NCBI GenBank assembly: GCA_035553335.1
Contig: DATNCZ010000305.1
Span: forward strand, 1-47,486
Length of the DNA: 47,486 bases
Reading direction: 5' to 3'
From: Gemmatimonadaceae bacterium
Lineage (GTDB): Bacteria > Gemmatimonadota > Gemmatimonadetes > Gemmatimonadales > Gemmatimonadaceae
In this document: piece after piece, positions 8,004-18,439 of the stretch
Layout: every line of letters begins with the position of its first letter
Numbering within the stretch: position 1 is the stretch's first letter
The notes under the pieces: generated by a model
The model's input: only the letters and a program-made list of their open reading frames with translations
Database searches by the model: none
Told to the model about the DNA's origin: nothing
Position numbers and translations under genes: made by a program

Positions 8004-8885
8004 ATGCGCACCCGGCTAGCCCTGGCTGGAACGTTCGTGTTCGTTATTGCTGCCTGTACACCAAAGGAAAAGGCGTCAGTCGCCAAGACCGACTCGACGA
8101 CCGCGGCTACAGTTGCAACAGCCGCAGCCACGACCGCGGCCGCACCCAACGTGGTCACGGTTCAGGCCAGGGATTTCTCGTACGATGGACCGTCCGAGAT
8201 CCCGGCGGGCATGACGACGTTCAAGCTCGTCAACGACGGCAAGGACCTGCACCACCTCAGTATCATCAGGCTGGACAGCGGAAAGACGTTGAAGGATCTC
8301 GAGGCTGCGCTTGCTCTTCCGGCCGCCCCGCCGACGTGGGCAGTGCCGATGGGCGGTCCCAACGCCCCGGACCCGACCAAGGAATCCAACGCGACGCTCG
8401 ACCTCACTCCCGGCAACTACGCGATGGTCTGCTTCGTGGACGTCCCGGGCGGCGTACCGCATTTCGCGAAGGGAATGATCAAGGCCTTCACCGTCGGAGC
8501 CGCGCCCGCAGGCGCAGCCGCGACTGCGCCCGTCGCTGATGTGGACATCAAGCTCGTCGACTACGGATTCGATCTCTCAAAGCCGCTGACAGCCGGCACA
8601 CACACCTTCGCGGTGACAAACGGCGCATCGCAGCCACACGAGGTGGAGCTCGTCAGGCTCGCACCCGGCAAGACTGTGGAGCAGCTGCTCGGATGGATGC
8701 AGAAGCCGGCCGGTCCGCCACCGGCATCCGCCATCGGCGGCGTCGCCGGCTTTATCGGAGACACGAACTACTTCACCGCCGATATCACCCCCGGACAGTA
8801 TGCGCTGATCTGTTTCCTCCCGGACGCAAAGGACGGGAAGCCGCACTTCATGCACGGCATGACCAAGACGATCACGGTCATGTAA
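8004..8885 (+). CDS. Lipoprotein with two tandem cupredoxin-like domains (putative type-1 copper sites)
   Basis: The signal/lipobox is LAGTFVFVIAAC. There are two internally repeated domains. Domain 1 has LVNDGKDLHHL ... MVCFVDVPGGVPHFAKGM. Domain 2 has VTNGASQPHEV ... LICFLPDAKDGKPHFMHGM. Each gives a His...Cys-x9-His-x4-Met pattern like blue-copper ligand sets. Confidence 0.55.
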   Translation: MRTRLALAGTFVFVIAACTPKEKASVAKTDSTTAATVATAAATTAAAPNVVTVQARDFSYDGPSEIPAGMTTFKLVNDGKDLHHLSIIRLDSGKTLKDLEAALALPAAPPTWAVPMGGPNAPDPTKESNATLDLTPGNYAMVCFVDVPGGVPHFAKGMIKAFTVGAAPAGAAATAPVADVDIKLVDYGFDLSKPLTAGTHTFAVTNGASQPHEVELVRLAPGKTVEQLLGWMQKPAGPPPASAIGGVAGFIGDTNYFTADITPGQYALICFLPDAKDGKPHFMHGMTKTITVM

Positions 8886-8903
8886 CGTCCGGCCATGATG
8901 TAA

Positions 8904-8983
8904 GCGGTCAGTCGTTCGACTGACCGCCGAATCGGCACCGATACGCGCTGGCGGACACTCCGTTGGCGCGTATCTTCTTTTTC
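8904..8983 (+). terminator. Two stem-loops downstream of the cupredoxin-like gene; the second has a T-tract (rho-independent terminator candidate)
   Basis: GCGGTCAGTCG-tt-CGACTGACCGC at 8904..8927 has perfect 11-bp arms. ATACGCGC...GCGCGTAT at 8941..8973 has internal G-U extended pairing and is followed by CTTCTTTTTC. Confidence 0.5.
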
Positions 8984-9017
8984 AAGTCCTGTTCACCCTC
9001 TTGCGGGAGATGTGCCG

Positions 9018-9467
9018 ATGTGGAGTGACTTCAAGGCATTCATCATGCGCGGCAACGTACTTGACCTGGCCGTTGCGGTAGTGATCGGAGCGGCGTTCGG
9101 CGTCGTTGTAAAGTCTCTCGTCGACGACGTGATCATGCCGCCCATCGGACTCCTGCTGGGCCACGTCGATTTTTCCAACCTGTACGTGCTCCTCAAGGAT
9201 GGCGTAAAGGCAGCACCACCCTACGCTTCGCTCGCTGATGCGAAAGCAGCTGGCGCAGTGACGCTGAATTACGGGATATTCGTCAACAACATCATCACGT
9301 TCCTCATCGTCGCACTCGCGATCTTCCTCGTCGTGCGATCGGCGAACAAGGTTTACAAGAAGCCGGCGGCCGCCGTCACAACCAAGCCGTGCCCGTTCTG
9401 CGCGACGGACATCCCGATCGCGGCAACCCGGTGCCCGCACTGCACGTCGGAGCTGAAAGCCGCGTAG
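9018..9467 (+). CDS. mscL: Large-conductance mechanosensitive channel MscL with a C-terminal CxxC-x10-CxxC zinc-ribbon tail
   Basis: MWSDFKAFIMRGNVLDLAVAVVIGAAFGVVVKSLVDDVIMPPIG is the canonical MscL N-terminus and TM1. The tail is KPCPFCATDIPIAATRCPHCTSEL. The track start at 9012 is GTG. The ATG at 9018 has GGGAGA 8 nt upstream. Confidence 0.85.
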   Translation: MWSDFKAFIMRGNVLDLAVAVVIGAAFGVVVKSLVDDVIMPPIGLLLGHVDFSNLYVLLKDGVKAAPPYASLADAKAAGAVTLNYGIFVNNIITFLIVALAIFLVVRSANKVYKKPAAAVTTKPCPFCATDIPIAATRCPHCTSELKAA

Positions 9468-9502
9468 ATCGCTGCGACCGTCATCGTTGTCGCAAACGAC
9501 AA

Positions 9503-9540
9503 AGTGCCGCGTTCCGGGTGGGAACGCGGCACTTCGTTAT
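9503..9540 (+). terminator. Rho-independent terminator candidate after mscL
   Basis: A 13-bp perfect stem, AGTGCCGCGTTCC-gggtg-GGAACGCGGCACT, followed by TCGTTAT. A smaller hairpin, TTGTCG-caaa-CGACAA, lies just upstream at 9487..9502. Confidence 0.6.
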
Positions 9541-9681
9541 GTACCCCCCCACTCATCGAGTAGCAAGAATTTATAAAGATTCTCGTAGGCTATAACGCCC
9601 ACGATCTGCGTCCCTGTCGCGTATCCATAACGTAAAGTATGCTTACACGCCACAATTCCTCACCCTTGCCAGGACCGCTGC

Positions 9682-12600
9682 ATGAAACGGGGTCGTCTCA
9701 CCATTGCATTGATTTCCGGAGCTTCGCTGCTCCTTACCGGACTCATCACCATCGCCGCGGTTCCTCCGCGTCACGTAACGCCCGCGCCGATAAAGTCCGA
9801 TCTGTTCGCCGGTCTCGTCTGGCGTAACCTCGGCCCCTTCCGCGGCGGACGCGTCTCCGCGGTCTCCGGCGCGATTGGTGAACCAGGCGTCTTCTACGCC
9901 GGCTATCCACTCGGCGGAGTCTGGAAAACAACCAACGACGGCCACACCTGGTTTCCGATCTTCGACGCCGTAAAGGAAGCGTCGTCGGTCGGCGCAATCG
10001 AAGTCGCTCCATCTGACACGAACGTGATCTACGTCGGAATGGGCGACATGATTACCGGCGGCGGAATCAATGAGGGTAACGGCGTCTACAAGTCCACGGA
10101 TGCCGGCAAGACATGGACGCACCTGGGCCTCGACGCGACCAAACAGATTCCATCGATCATCGTCGATCCGCACGACCCCAATACCGTGATGATCGCGGCT
10201 CAGGGCAACGTCCACGCCCATTCCGACATGCGCGGCGTATTCCGCAGCACCGACGGCGGCAGGACGTGGACGAAGACTCTGTACGTCGACGACTCCACTG
10301 GTATTCAGAAGCTGGCTCGCGCGTACGATGAGCCCAACGTCATACTCGCAACCACAGTGCGGCACTACATCGCTCCCGGGATACCGAGCGCGAGCACGCC
10401 GCGCCCTGCTGGCGGCACCGCGCTGTACAAGTCGACCGATGACGGACTGACGTGGAAGGAGATCAAGGGCCGCGGGCTTCCCGCGCTGTCGGGCCGCACC
10501 TCGGTTGCGATCGCGATGCACACCAACGCGCAGCGCATGTACCTGGTCGAGAACTCCGGACTCTATCGCTCCGACGATGGTGGCGCGAACTGGCGCCAGA
10601 TGGACTCGACCGACAAGCGCATCGCCAATGGACAGGGCGGCTACAACTGCGGCGTGTACGTCAACTCGCAGAACCCCGACATCGTCTACGTGGTCAGCAC
10701 GTCGAGTTACATCTCGACAGATGGCGGAAACACATTCACCGGTTTCAAGGGCGCGCCCGGAGGCGACGATCCGCAGCAGATGTGGATCGATCCCACCAAC
10801 GGCCAGCGTCTCTTCTTCGGCGAAGATCAGGGCGCGACGGTGTCACTGGACGGCGGACGCACATGGAGCCCGTGGTACAATCAGTCGACCGAGCAGGTGT
10901 ATCACATATCGACTGACAATTCATATCCGTACTGGGTCTACGCGACGCAGCAGGACGCAGGCGCCGTTCGCACGCTGTCGCGCGGCAACCTGGGTGAGAT
11001 CACCAGTCTCGACTGGAGTCCCGTACCAGGATGGGAATGGGGCACCATCGTCCCGGATCCGCTCAACCCGAAGATCGTCTACGCAAGCGGATCAGGCATC
11101 GTCAAGATCAGCTACCCCAGCGAGCAGTGGATCAACGTCAGCCCCGCTGCGGACCCGAACACGGAATCCCGCACGACGTCGTCGCAACCGATCATGTTCT
11201 CGCCGCTTAATCAGCACGAGCTCTTTGCCGCATTCCAGTATGTCGCGTCGACTACCGATGGAGGCGTCACGTGGAAGAAGCTGAGCCCCGACCTGACCTA
11301 CGCCAAGGGAGAATCGCCGCCACCAGCGGGCGCAACTCCGCGCGGCGAAGGCGCAGCAGCGCCAAATCGCAGCGCGATCGAATCCATGTCGGTTTCAGGC
11401 GCAGCCGCCGGAATGATCTGGGTCGGCACCAATAACGGACTCATCAAGCTGACCCGCAATCATGGTGCGACGTGGGAAGACGTCAGCATCGCGAATCTCC
11501 CGAATCGCGCTCGTGCAGACATCTCCGGAATCGACGCGTCACATCAGGATCCGGCAACCGCGTACGTCGCGATCGATTATCACACGATCGGCGACTACAA
11601 GCCATACTTCTACCGCACGCACGATTACGGCAAGACGTGGACGCAGATCGTGAATGGAATGGCGACGGATCAGTCCAACGGCAGCTTCGCGCGTGTCATT
11701 CGCAGCGATCCGAAAAAGCCCGGTCTGCTCTTCGCGGGCACCGAGAGCTCCATCTACGTCTCGTTCGATGACGGCGACAACTGGCAGTCGCTGATGCTGA
11801 ACCTGCCCAATACGTCGTACCGCGACATCACGTTCCACGGCAACGATCTCGTCGCCGGCACTTACGGCCGCGGAATCTGGGTGCTCGATGACTACACGGT
11901 CCTTCGTCAGATAACGCCGGCGATTGCCGCCGAGCCAGTGCACTTCTTCAAGCCGGATGAGACGATTCGCGTTCGCCGCAACGTGAACGCCGATACTCCG
12001 TTCCCACCGGAAGTCCCGCACGCTCTGAATCCACCCGATGGAGTCGTCTTCTATTACTCGCTCGCGTCCACTCCGTCGTCACCAGTGACGCTCGAAGTGC
12101 TAGACGCATCGGGAAAGGTGATTCGGCACATGTCGAGTGTTCCGGACAAGCCGGTGAAGGAAGCTGCCGTGCCGCCAGAGCCCAATTTCTGGATCGCACC
12201 GCCCCAGGCGCTCTCGGCGAATGCAGGCACCAATCGCGGTAACTGGGATCTGCGTCACGATGCACCGCCAGCCTTCACGCACAGCTTCGAGATCAACGCA
12301 AACCCGGGCCTCACACCCGCATCTCCCGAGGGCCCCATGGCTCCGCCGGGAACCTACACCCTCAGGCTGAACGTGGACGGCAAGACGTACACGCAGACTG
12401 TCACGGTGAAGAACGATCCGCGCTCGCCCGCGACCGTCGCGGCTGTAGTTGCTCAGCACGACCTGCTCATGAAGCTCGACGCCGGCGCGAAAGCGTCGTG
12501 GGACGGATACAATCAGGTCGAAGCGATGCGTACGGCAGTCGCGGCTCTGGCCAGCGCAAATCCGTCCGGGGAAGCAGCGTCGGCGCTCAAGGCGTTCGAC

Positions 12601-13032
12601 GCGAAGCTCGAGACGGTTGCTGGCTCGACGACCGGCGGTCGCGGTTTCTCGCGCGGCGGGCCGCCGCCACCGCCGAATTTCGTCCGCGTCAACGGAGTAA
12701 TGGGACGCGAGCTCACCGCGCTCGACAACGGCGACATGGCCCCCACGGCCGCCACGCTTCGTGGATACGCCGCGGACTGCGCACAGTTGGCGACAGTGCT
12801 CAGGAACTGGCAGGCCGTGAACAGCAAGGATCTGCCCGCGCTCAATGCCACTCTCGCAAAGAGCAACATCGCGCCCGTGCACGCGGCATCTTCACCGCCG
12901 TCGATCCCGGCCTGTGGTGCCGGTCTCTCCGCACACGATAAACGAACGGTGGAAACCCACACCGGCACTACGGTGTCTCACTCAAAGGCCGATGAAGACG
13001 AGGACGGCGATGAAGGGCGGGACCCCGTCTGA
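9682..13032 (+). CDS. Large secreted BNR/Asp-box repeat protein (sortilin/VPS10-like beta-propeller glycosidase-like protein)
   Basis: 1116 aa with an N-terminal signal/anchor. There are at least 11 Asp-box-like motifs (S/T-x-D-x-G-x-T-W): TTNDGHTW, STDAGKTW, STDGGRTW, STDDGLTW, SDDGGANW, STDGGNTF, SLDGGRTW, TTDGGVTW, THDYGKTW, SFDDGDNW. The C-terminal tail is acidic. Confidence 0.75.
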   Translation: MKRGRLTIALISGASLLLTGLITIAAVPPRHVTPAPIKSDLFAGLVWRNLGPFRGGRVSAVSGAIGEPGVFYAGYPLGGVWKTTNDGHTWFPIFDAVKEASSVGAIEVAPSDTNVIYVGMGDMITGGGINEGNGVYKSTDAGKTWTHLGLDATKQIPSIIVDPHDPNTVMIAAQGNVHAHSDMRGVFRSTDGGRTWTKTLYVDDSTGIQKLARAYDEPNVILATTVRHYIAPGIPSASTPRPAGGTALYKSTDDGLTWKEIKGRGLPALSGRTSVAIAMHTNAQRMYLVENSGLYRSDDGGANWRQMDSTDKRIANGQGGYNCGVYVNSQNPDIVYVVSTSSYISTDGGNTFTGFKGAPGGDDPQQMWIDPTNGQRLFFGEDQGATVSLDGGRTWSPWYNQSTEQVYHISTDNSYPYWVYATQQDAGAVRTLSRGNLGEITSLDWSPVPGWEWGTIVPDPLNPKIVYASGSGIVKISYPSEQWINVSPAADPNTESRTTSSQPIMFSPLNQHELFAAFQYVASTTDGGVTWKKLSPDLTYAKGESPPPAGATPRGEGAAAPNRSAIESMSVSGAAAGMIWVGTNNGLIKLTRNHGATWEDVSIANLPNRARADISGIDASHQDPATAYVAIDYHTIGDYKPYFYRTHDYGKTWTQIVNGMATDQSNGSFARVIRSDPKKPGLLFAGTESSIYVSFDDGDNWQSLMLNLPNTSYRDITFHGNDLVAGTYGRGIWVLDDYTVLRQITPAIAAEPVHFFKPDETIRVRRNVNADTPFPPEVPHALNPPDGVVFYYSLASTPSSPVTLEVLDASGKVIRHMSSVPDKPVKEAAVPPEPNFWIAPPQALSANAGTNRGNWDLRHDAPPAFTHSFEINANPGLTPASPEGPMAPPGTYTLRLNVDGKTYTQTVTVKNDPRSPATVAAVVAQHDLLMKLDAGAKASWDGYNQVEAMRTAVAALASANPSGEAASALKAFDAKLETVAGSTTGGRGFSRGGPPPPPNFVRVNGVMGRELTALDNGDMAPTAATLRGYAADCAQLATVLRNWQAVNSKDLPALNATLAKSNIAPVHAASSPPSIPACGAGLSAHDKRTVETHTGTTVSHSKADEDEDGDEGRDPV

Positions 13033-13082
13033 AGCGGGGCCCGACCCGTTGATTTTTCTGATGTCTTGAGACCGGAGAGAGC

Positions 13083-13361
13083 ATGGATCGTGATGTCATA
13101 AGTTTCGCGGGCGTCATGGTGATCATCATCGGATCGATCGGCGCATTGGGGTTCATGGCTACCGCCCTGATGCGCTCGTTCGTCCGTGCAAAGCAACCGG
13201 CAACGCTGCCGGCGCAGAGATACGACGAGCAACTCGCCCAGCTTCAGCAGTCGGTCGATGCGATCGCCGTCGAAGTTGAGCGGATCGCTGAAGCGCAACG
13301 CTTCAGCACCAGGCTGCTCAGCGATGGTGCGCGCGTACCCGTCGAAATGGAGGATAGATGA
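13083..13361 (+). CDS. Small single-pass membrane protein (hypothetical)
   Basis: 92 aa. GGAGAGAG lies upstream of the ATG. One hydrophobic helix (FAGVMVIIIGSIGALGFMATAL) is followed by a coiled-coil-like segment. Confidence 0.5.
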   Translation: MDRDVISFAGVMVIIIGSIGALGFMATALMRSFVRAKQPATLPAQRYDEQLAQLQQSVDAIAVEVERIAEAQRFSTRLLSDGARVPVEMEDR

Positions 13362-13564
13362 GCTACAGCGGAGACGTTTACGACAACGAGCCCCGCCGCC
13401 GCGGACCGGTCAATCGAACGATGCAGGCAGCCAAGGCGGGAGCGAGCTTCGGCTCCGCCCTGGCGATCGTTATTTCATGGAGCGAGCACCACTCCATCAT
13501 CTGGGCCATCATCCAGGGATTCTTCTCCTGGTTCTACGTCATCTACTACGCGCTGACGCGATAG
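13358..13564 (+). CDS. Small membrane protein (hypothetical), translationally coupled to the preceding ORF
   Basis: 68 aa. The ATGA overlaps the upstream stop and GGAGGA precedes the start. The hydrophobic, aromatic-rich C-terminal half is GSALAIVISWSEHHSIIWAIIQGFFSWFYVIYYAL. Confidence 0.5.
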   Translation: MSYSGDVYDNEPRRRGPVNRTMQAAKAGASFGSALAIVISWSEHHSIIWAIIQGFFSWFYVIYYALTR

Positions 13565-14404
13565 CGCCTCGCTGAAGAGCGAGTCCATTTCCGTGTAGCC
13601 GACTGCATCGGCCAGGAATTCGGCAAAGCTTCCACGCGATAATGCGCGAGCGGCGCGCTGCACCGCAGCAGCAGCCGCTCGCGCGATCCCGGATCCCACA
13701 CTAACGCGCGCGACACCCAACTTCTCGAGAGCACGAACGTCAGGCCCGGTCGCGCTCGCAAGCACATTGAGTGGCAAGCCCGCGTGTTTCACGATGTCGC
13801 GTACGACGTCCGGACTCTGCACGCGTGGCACGAACACGCAATCCGCACCGGCAGCACGAAACGCATCCAACCGCTCGAGACAACGGTCCAGCCGCGTCTC
13901 TTCATGGCCGACAGAAAGCCAGAACACGTCGGTTCGTGCGTTCACGACCGCGCCGTCACCGAGAGCTGCGCCGGCGTCCGCTGCCTCCCGCGCAGCAGCT
14001 ATCCGCTCGCGTTGCAGCGATATCTCGAACAGCGGTGAGTCGCCGCCATCCCCGGTTGCGTCCTCGATGTTCACGCCAACAGCACCGGCGTCCATCGCCA
14101 GTCGCACCGTTTCCGCGACCGATTCCGGCGAAACGCCGTACCCCGCTTCGATGTCAGCCGTTACAGGCAGGCTCGTAGCGGACGCGATGCGCTCGACCGC
14201 CGCAAGCATCTCATCGCGCGGAATCCTCTGTCCGTCGGAATAGCCGAGCGACCAGGCGATTCCCGCGCTTGTCGTCCCGACACAGTGGAATCCGGCCGTC
14301 TCGAAGAGACGCGCGCTGACCGCGTCCCATGCGTTCGGAACTACGAGAATCGTTGGACCGTGATGTAGAGCGCGGAAAGCGGCGGCGCGGGAGTGAGATG
14401 TCAT
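13475..14404 (-). CDS. Isocitrate lyase / PEP mutase superfamily enzyme (2-methylisocitrate-lyase-like)
   Basis: 309 aa. ILVVPNAWDAVSARLFETAGFHCVGTTSAGIAWSLGYSDG, TADIEAGYG and GVNIEDA match the ICL/PEPM fold signature regions. The last ~30 codons overlap the convergent small ORF. Confidence 0.8.
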   Translation of the reverse strand: MTSHSRAAAFRALHHGPTILVVPNAWDAVSARLFETAGFHCVGTTSAGIAWSLGYSDGQRIPRDEMLAAVERIASATSLPVTADIEAGYGVSPESVAETVRLAMDAGAVGVNIEDATGDGGDSPLFEISLQRERIAAAREAADAGAALGDGAVVNARTDVFWLSVGHEETRLDRCLERLDAFRAAGADCVFVPRVQSPDVVRDIVKHAGLPLNVLASATGPDVRALEKLGVARVSVGSGIARAAAAAVQRAARALSRGSFAEFLADAVGYTEMDSLFSEALSRQRVVDDVEPGEESLDDGPDDGVVLAP

Positions 14405-14457
14405 CGTCCAGGAAGATCAGCCTTCCGCTGCGGCCATGCTTCGGTTACCATCGAAGT

Positions 14458-15162
14458 ATGCCCGACACCCCCGACATGGCCTTCGTGGCCGGTGCGATCG
14501 CTGACCCAACCAGGGGCCGCATGCTGACGTCGCTAATGCGCGGTCAGGCTCTCACGGCCACGGAGCTGGCCCTGGATGGCGGCGTGACGGCCTCGACGGC
14601 CAGCAGCCACCTGGGACGCCTGATGGAGGCCGGACTCGTCTCAGTGACACGCCAGGGCCGCCACCGCTACTTCCGAATTGCGCGTCCCGAGGTCGCCGAG
14701 ATGCTCGAAGGGATGGCCAATCTGGCCACTTCCGGCCGCTCCAGGATCACCACCGGCCCGCGGGATCCCGCCCTCCGCCACGCCCGCGTCTGTTACGACC
14801 ATCTTGCCGGCGAGACTGGCGTCCGGCTTCTCGTACGCCTCAGGGAGCACCAGCTGCTGGTTGGCGACGAGGATTCGCTCGCGCTCAGCCCGCGTGGGGA
14901 GACATGGGCAGCCGCACTTGGAATCGACCTCCCCGCCCTGCGCAGCAGACGACGGATGCTCTGTCGTCCATGCCTCGACTGGAGCGAGCGACGCACCCAC
15001 CTCGCTGGGTCACTGGGCGCTGCGATCCTGGAGCGCATGGTGGCGCTACGTTACGTGCGCCGAACGTCCGGTCGCGCGATTACGCTTTCCGAGAATGGTG
15101 CGCGCCTCATCGACCGCCCCGACACCTTCATTCGCGACAAACTCGTGTGTCGCGCGGTGTGA
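14458..15162 (+). CDS. ArsR/SmtB-family winged-helix transcriptional regulator with a C-terminal extension domain
   Basis: GAIADPTRGRMLTSLMRGQALTATELALDGGVTASTASSHLGRLMEAGLVSVTRQGRHRYFRI is a classic ArsR-type wHTH. I trimmed the start to the ATG at 14458. It is divergent from the ICL/PEPM-like gene. Confidence 0.7.
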   Translation: MPDTPDMAFVAGAIADPTRGRMLTSLMRGQALTATELALDGGVTASTASSHLGRLMEAGLVSVTRQGRHRYFRIARPEVAEMLEGMANLATSGRSRITTGPRDPALRHARVCYDHLAGETGVRLLVRLREHQLLVGDEDSLALSPRGETWAAALGIDLPALRSRRRMLCRPCLDWSERRTHLAGSLGAAILERMVALRYVRRTSGRAITLSENGARLIDRPDTFIRDKLVCRAV

Positions 15163-15168
15163 TGGCCG

Positions 15169-16995
<1,827 letters not shown>

Positions 16996-17100
16996 GAATA
17001 TTTATGTCTTGTTTGGGGAACGCCACCCGAATTCGGGGAGCTGCGACATCCTGCCCAATTTAGGGACCGCGCACTTGTGTTGCTACGCCAGGACGCTGAA

Positions 17101-17136
17101 CGGGCGGATGATCGACTGGGATCGATCATCCGCCCG
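17101..17136 (-). terminator. Strong stem-loop between the DUF4384-like gene and glmS (terminator or attenuator candidate without a U-tract)
   Basis: CGGGCGGATGATCGA-ctggga-TCGATCATCCGCCCG forms a 15-bp perfect stem about 23 nt downstream of the minus-strand stop at 17159. Only two T residues follow it on the transcribed strand. Confidence 0.4.
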
Positions 17137-17158
17137 CTGACATTCAATTACACCCTTC

Positions 17159-18439
17159 CTAGTGATCCTGTTTCGCTGGCATGCTGCTTCCCTTGCTTGG
17201 TGCCGGCAGCTGGCCCACCGAGGGGGCGCTACGGACAGGCGGCGGACTCGAGCCCATCGGTCGAGGCGCCTCGAATCTCGGCGCCGCCCGCTGACGCTCA
17301 CCCATGCCAGGGCTGGGGGAGAATCCTGGGTTCGGCGAAAGTGAGGGGTTGGGCGAAAGCCGCGGGTTCGGCGCCAGCGTCGGCGATCCGCCAACACGGG
17401 CGCCCGGGTGCTGTTGCCGCCACTCCTGTCTCTGCTCGGGCGAATATGGCGCGCGCAGACCGTTGTCTTCGCGCCGCGCACGATCGTGCGCTCGCCCGGA
17501 CCCCTCGAACAACTCCACCTGAGAGCCCACCGCCGCGGCCGACGGAGCGACCTGAGCCACGGCCGCATCACCATTGGCGGCAGTGATGATCATCGGGCCC
17601 TGCCCCTCGCCTGCCCGCGCCCTTGCAGCACGTTGCTCGGCGGCAGCTGCGCGGTCACCGACGATCGTCGGGAGAACCGTCGGCCCATTCGCAAAGGAGG
17701 GCGAGGCGGACTGCGCGTCCCCCGCAGCCGTGCGCTGCACCGGACGCAATACCTGCGCGACCGGAAGAACGTGCTGCTGGCCCGGACACCCAGCGAACGG
17801 GTAGTCGATCGGAACCTCGCGAGCCGTGCCGTCTGCGCAGAGAACGCGGGCGAGTTGCGTCCGTCCACGCGCACTGCCGTCGACGCTCGGCCAGAGGATG
17901 TACACGTCGGAATCCCAGGAATCGTCGTCGCCCAGAGAGACCGCGTTGTTGAGCAGAGCGTCGAATGCGACGTCGGAATAGAATGACCGCGATTCCTTTT
18001 CGCCGACGGCGGATGCGAGAGTCATCGGCTTGTGCACGTAACGCGCTACATCGAGCGGACGCCTCGATGCGACCATGTAGAGATACACCGGTCCAATTCC
18101 GTGAGCGTTGGGGCCGAGAACGACGTTGTAGATGTCGTTGTCGAACGACGCGCCGATCAGCTCATCGCTGTTGTATCCGGCCGTGTGCAGTTTTTCACGT
18201 TGATCGACCAGCGGATAGAGCAGCCGCACACCTGCGCCTGGATAAACGAGGAAGGCAGCAACGTATGCAGGTTCGCTCAGCACGTAACGGATCGGCTGAT
18301 GTGTCTCGGGCGACGGCGGCAGCAGCATCAGCGTGAGACCCTGCCCTCCCTGACCCGGCAACCGGTCGCTCGTGGTGGCCTGCGCACCAAGCGCACCGGC
18401 CAGCAGTGGGACGCAGGCAACAAGTGCTGTCATCCTCAT
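17159..18439 (-). CDS. Secreted hypothetical protein with a possible DUF4384-like N-domain and a Pro-rich hexapeptide-repeat C-terminus
   Basis: The signal peptide is MRMTALVACVPLLAGALGAQA, read from the ATG at 18439, which has GAGGTGG upstream. The track start at 18496 is GTG. The segment YVAAFLVYPGAGVRLLYP...VYLYMVAS resembles DUF4384; that is my recollection and is not verified. The C-terminal repeats are LAPNPR/LSPNPS/LSPNPG/FSPSPG. Confidence 0.55.
   Translation of the reverse strand: MRMTALVACVPLLAGALGAQATTSDRLPGQGGQGLTLMLLPPSPETHQPIRYVLSEPAYVAAFLVYPGAGVRLLYPLVDQREKLHTAGYNSDELIGASFDNDIYNVVLGPNAHGIGPVYLYMVASRRPLDVARYVHKPMTLASAVGEKESRSFYSDVAFDALLNNAVSLGDDDSWDSDVYILWPSVDGSARGRTQLARVLCADGTAREVPIDYPFAGCPGQQHVLPVAQVLRPVQRTAAGDAQSASPSFANGPTVLPTIVGDRAAAAEQRAARARAGEGQGPMIITAANGDAAVAQVAPSAAAVGSQVELFEGSGRAHDRARREDNGLRAPYSPEQRQEWRQQHPGARVGGSPTLAPNPRLSPNPSLSPNPGFSPSPGMGERQRAAPRFEAPRPMGSSPPPVRSAPSVGQLPAPSKGSSMPAKQDH
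17310..17381 (-). repeat. Tandem 18-nt coding repeat (about 4 units) encoding the (L/F)SPNPx hexapeptide array
   Basis: Consecutive plus-strand units are GGGTTCGGCGAAAGTGAG, GGGTTGGGCGAAAGCCGC and GGGTTCGGCGCCAGCGTC, with a more degenerate unit before them. Confidence 0.6.

Noticed and set aside
16996-17158. Possible glmS ribozyme/riboswitch in the 5-prime leader of glmS.
   Set aside because: The leader sequence on the minus strand does not contain the conserved glmS ribozyme core segments that I can recall. About a third of the spacer is taken up by the terminator-like hairpin of the upstream gene. A covariance-model search (Rfam glmS) would settle this.
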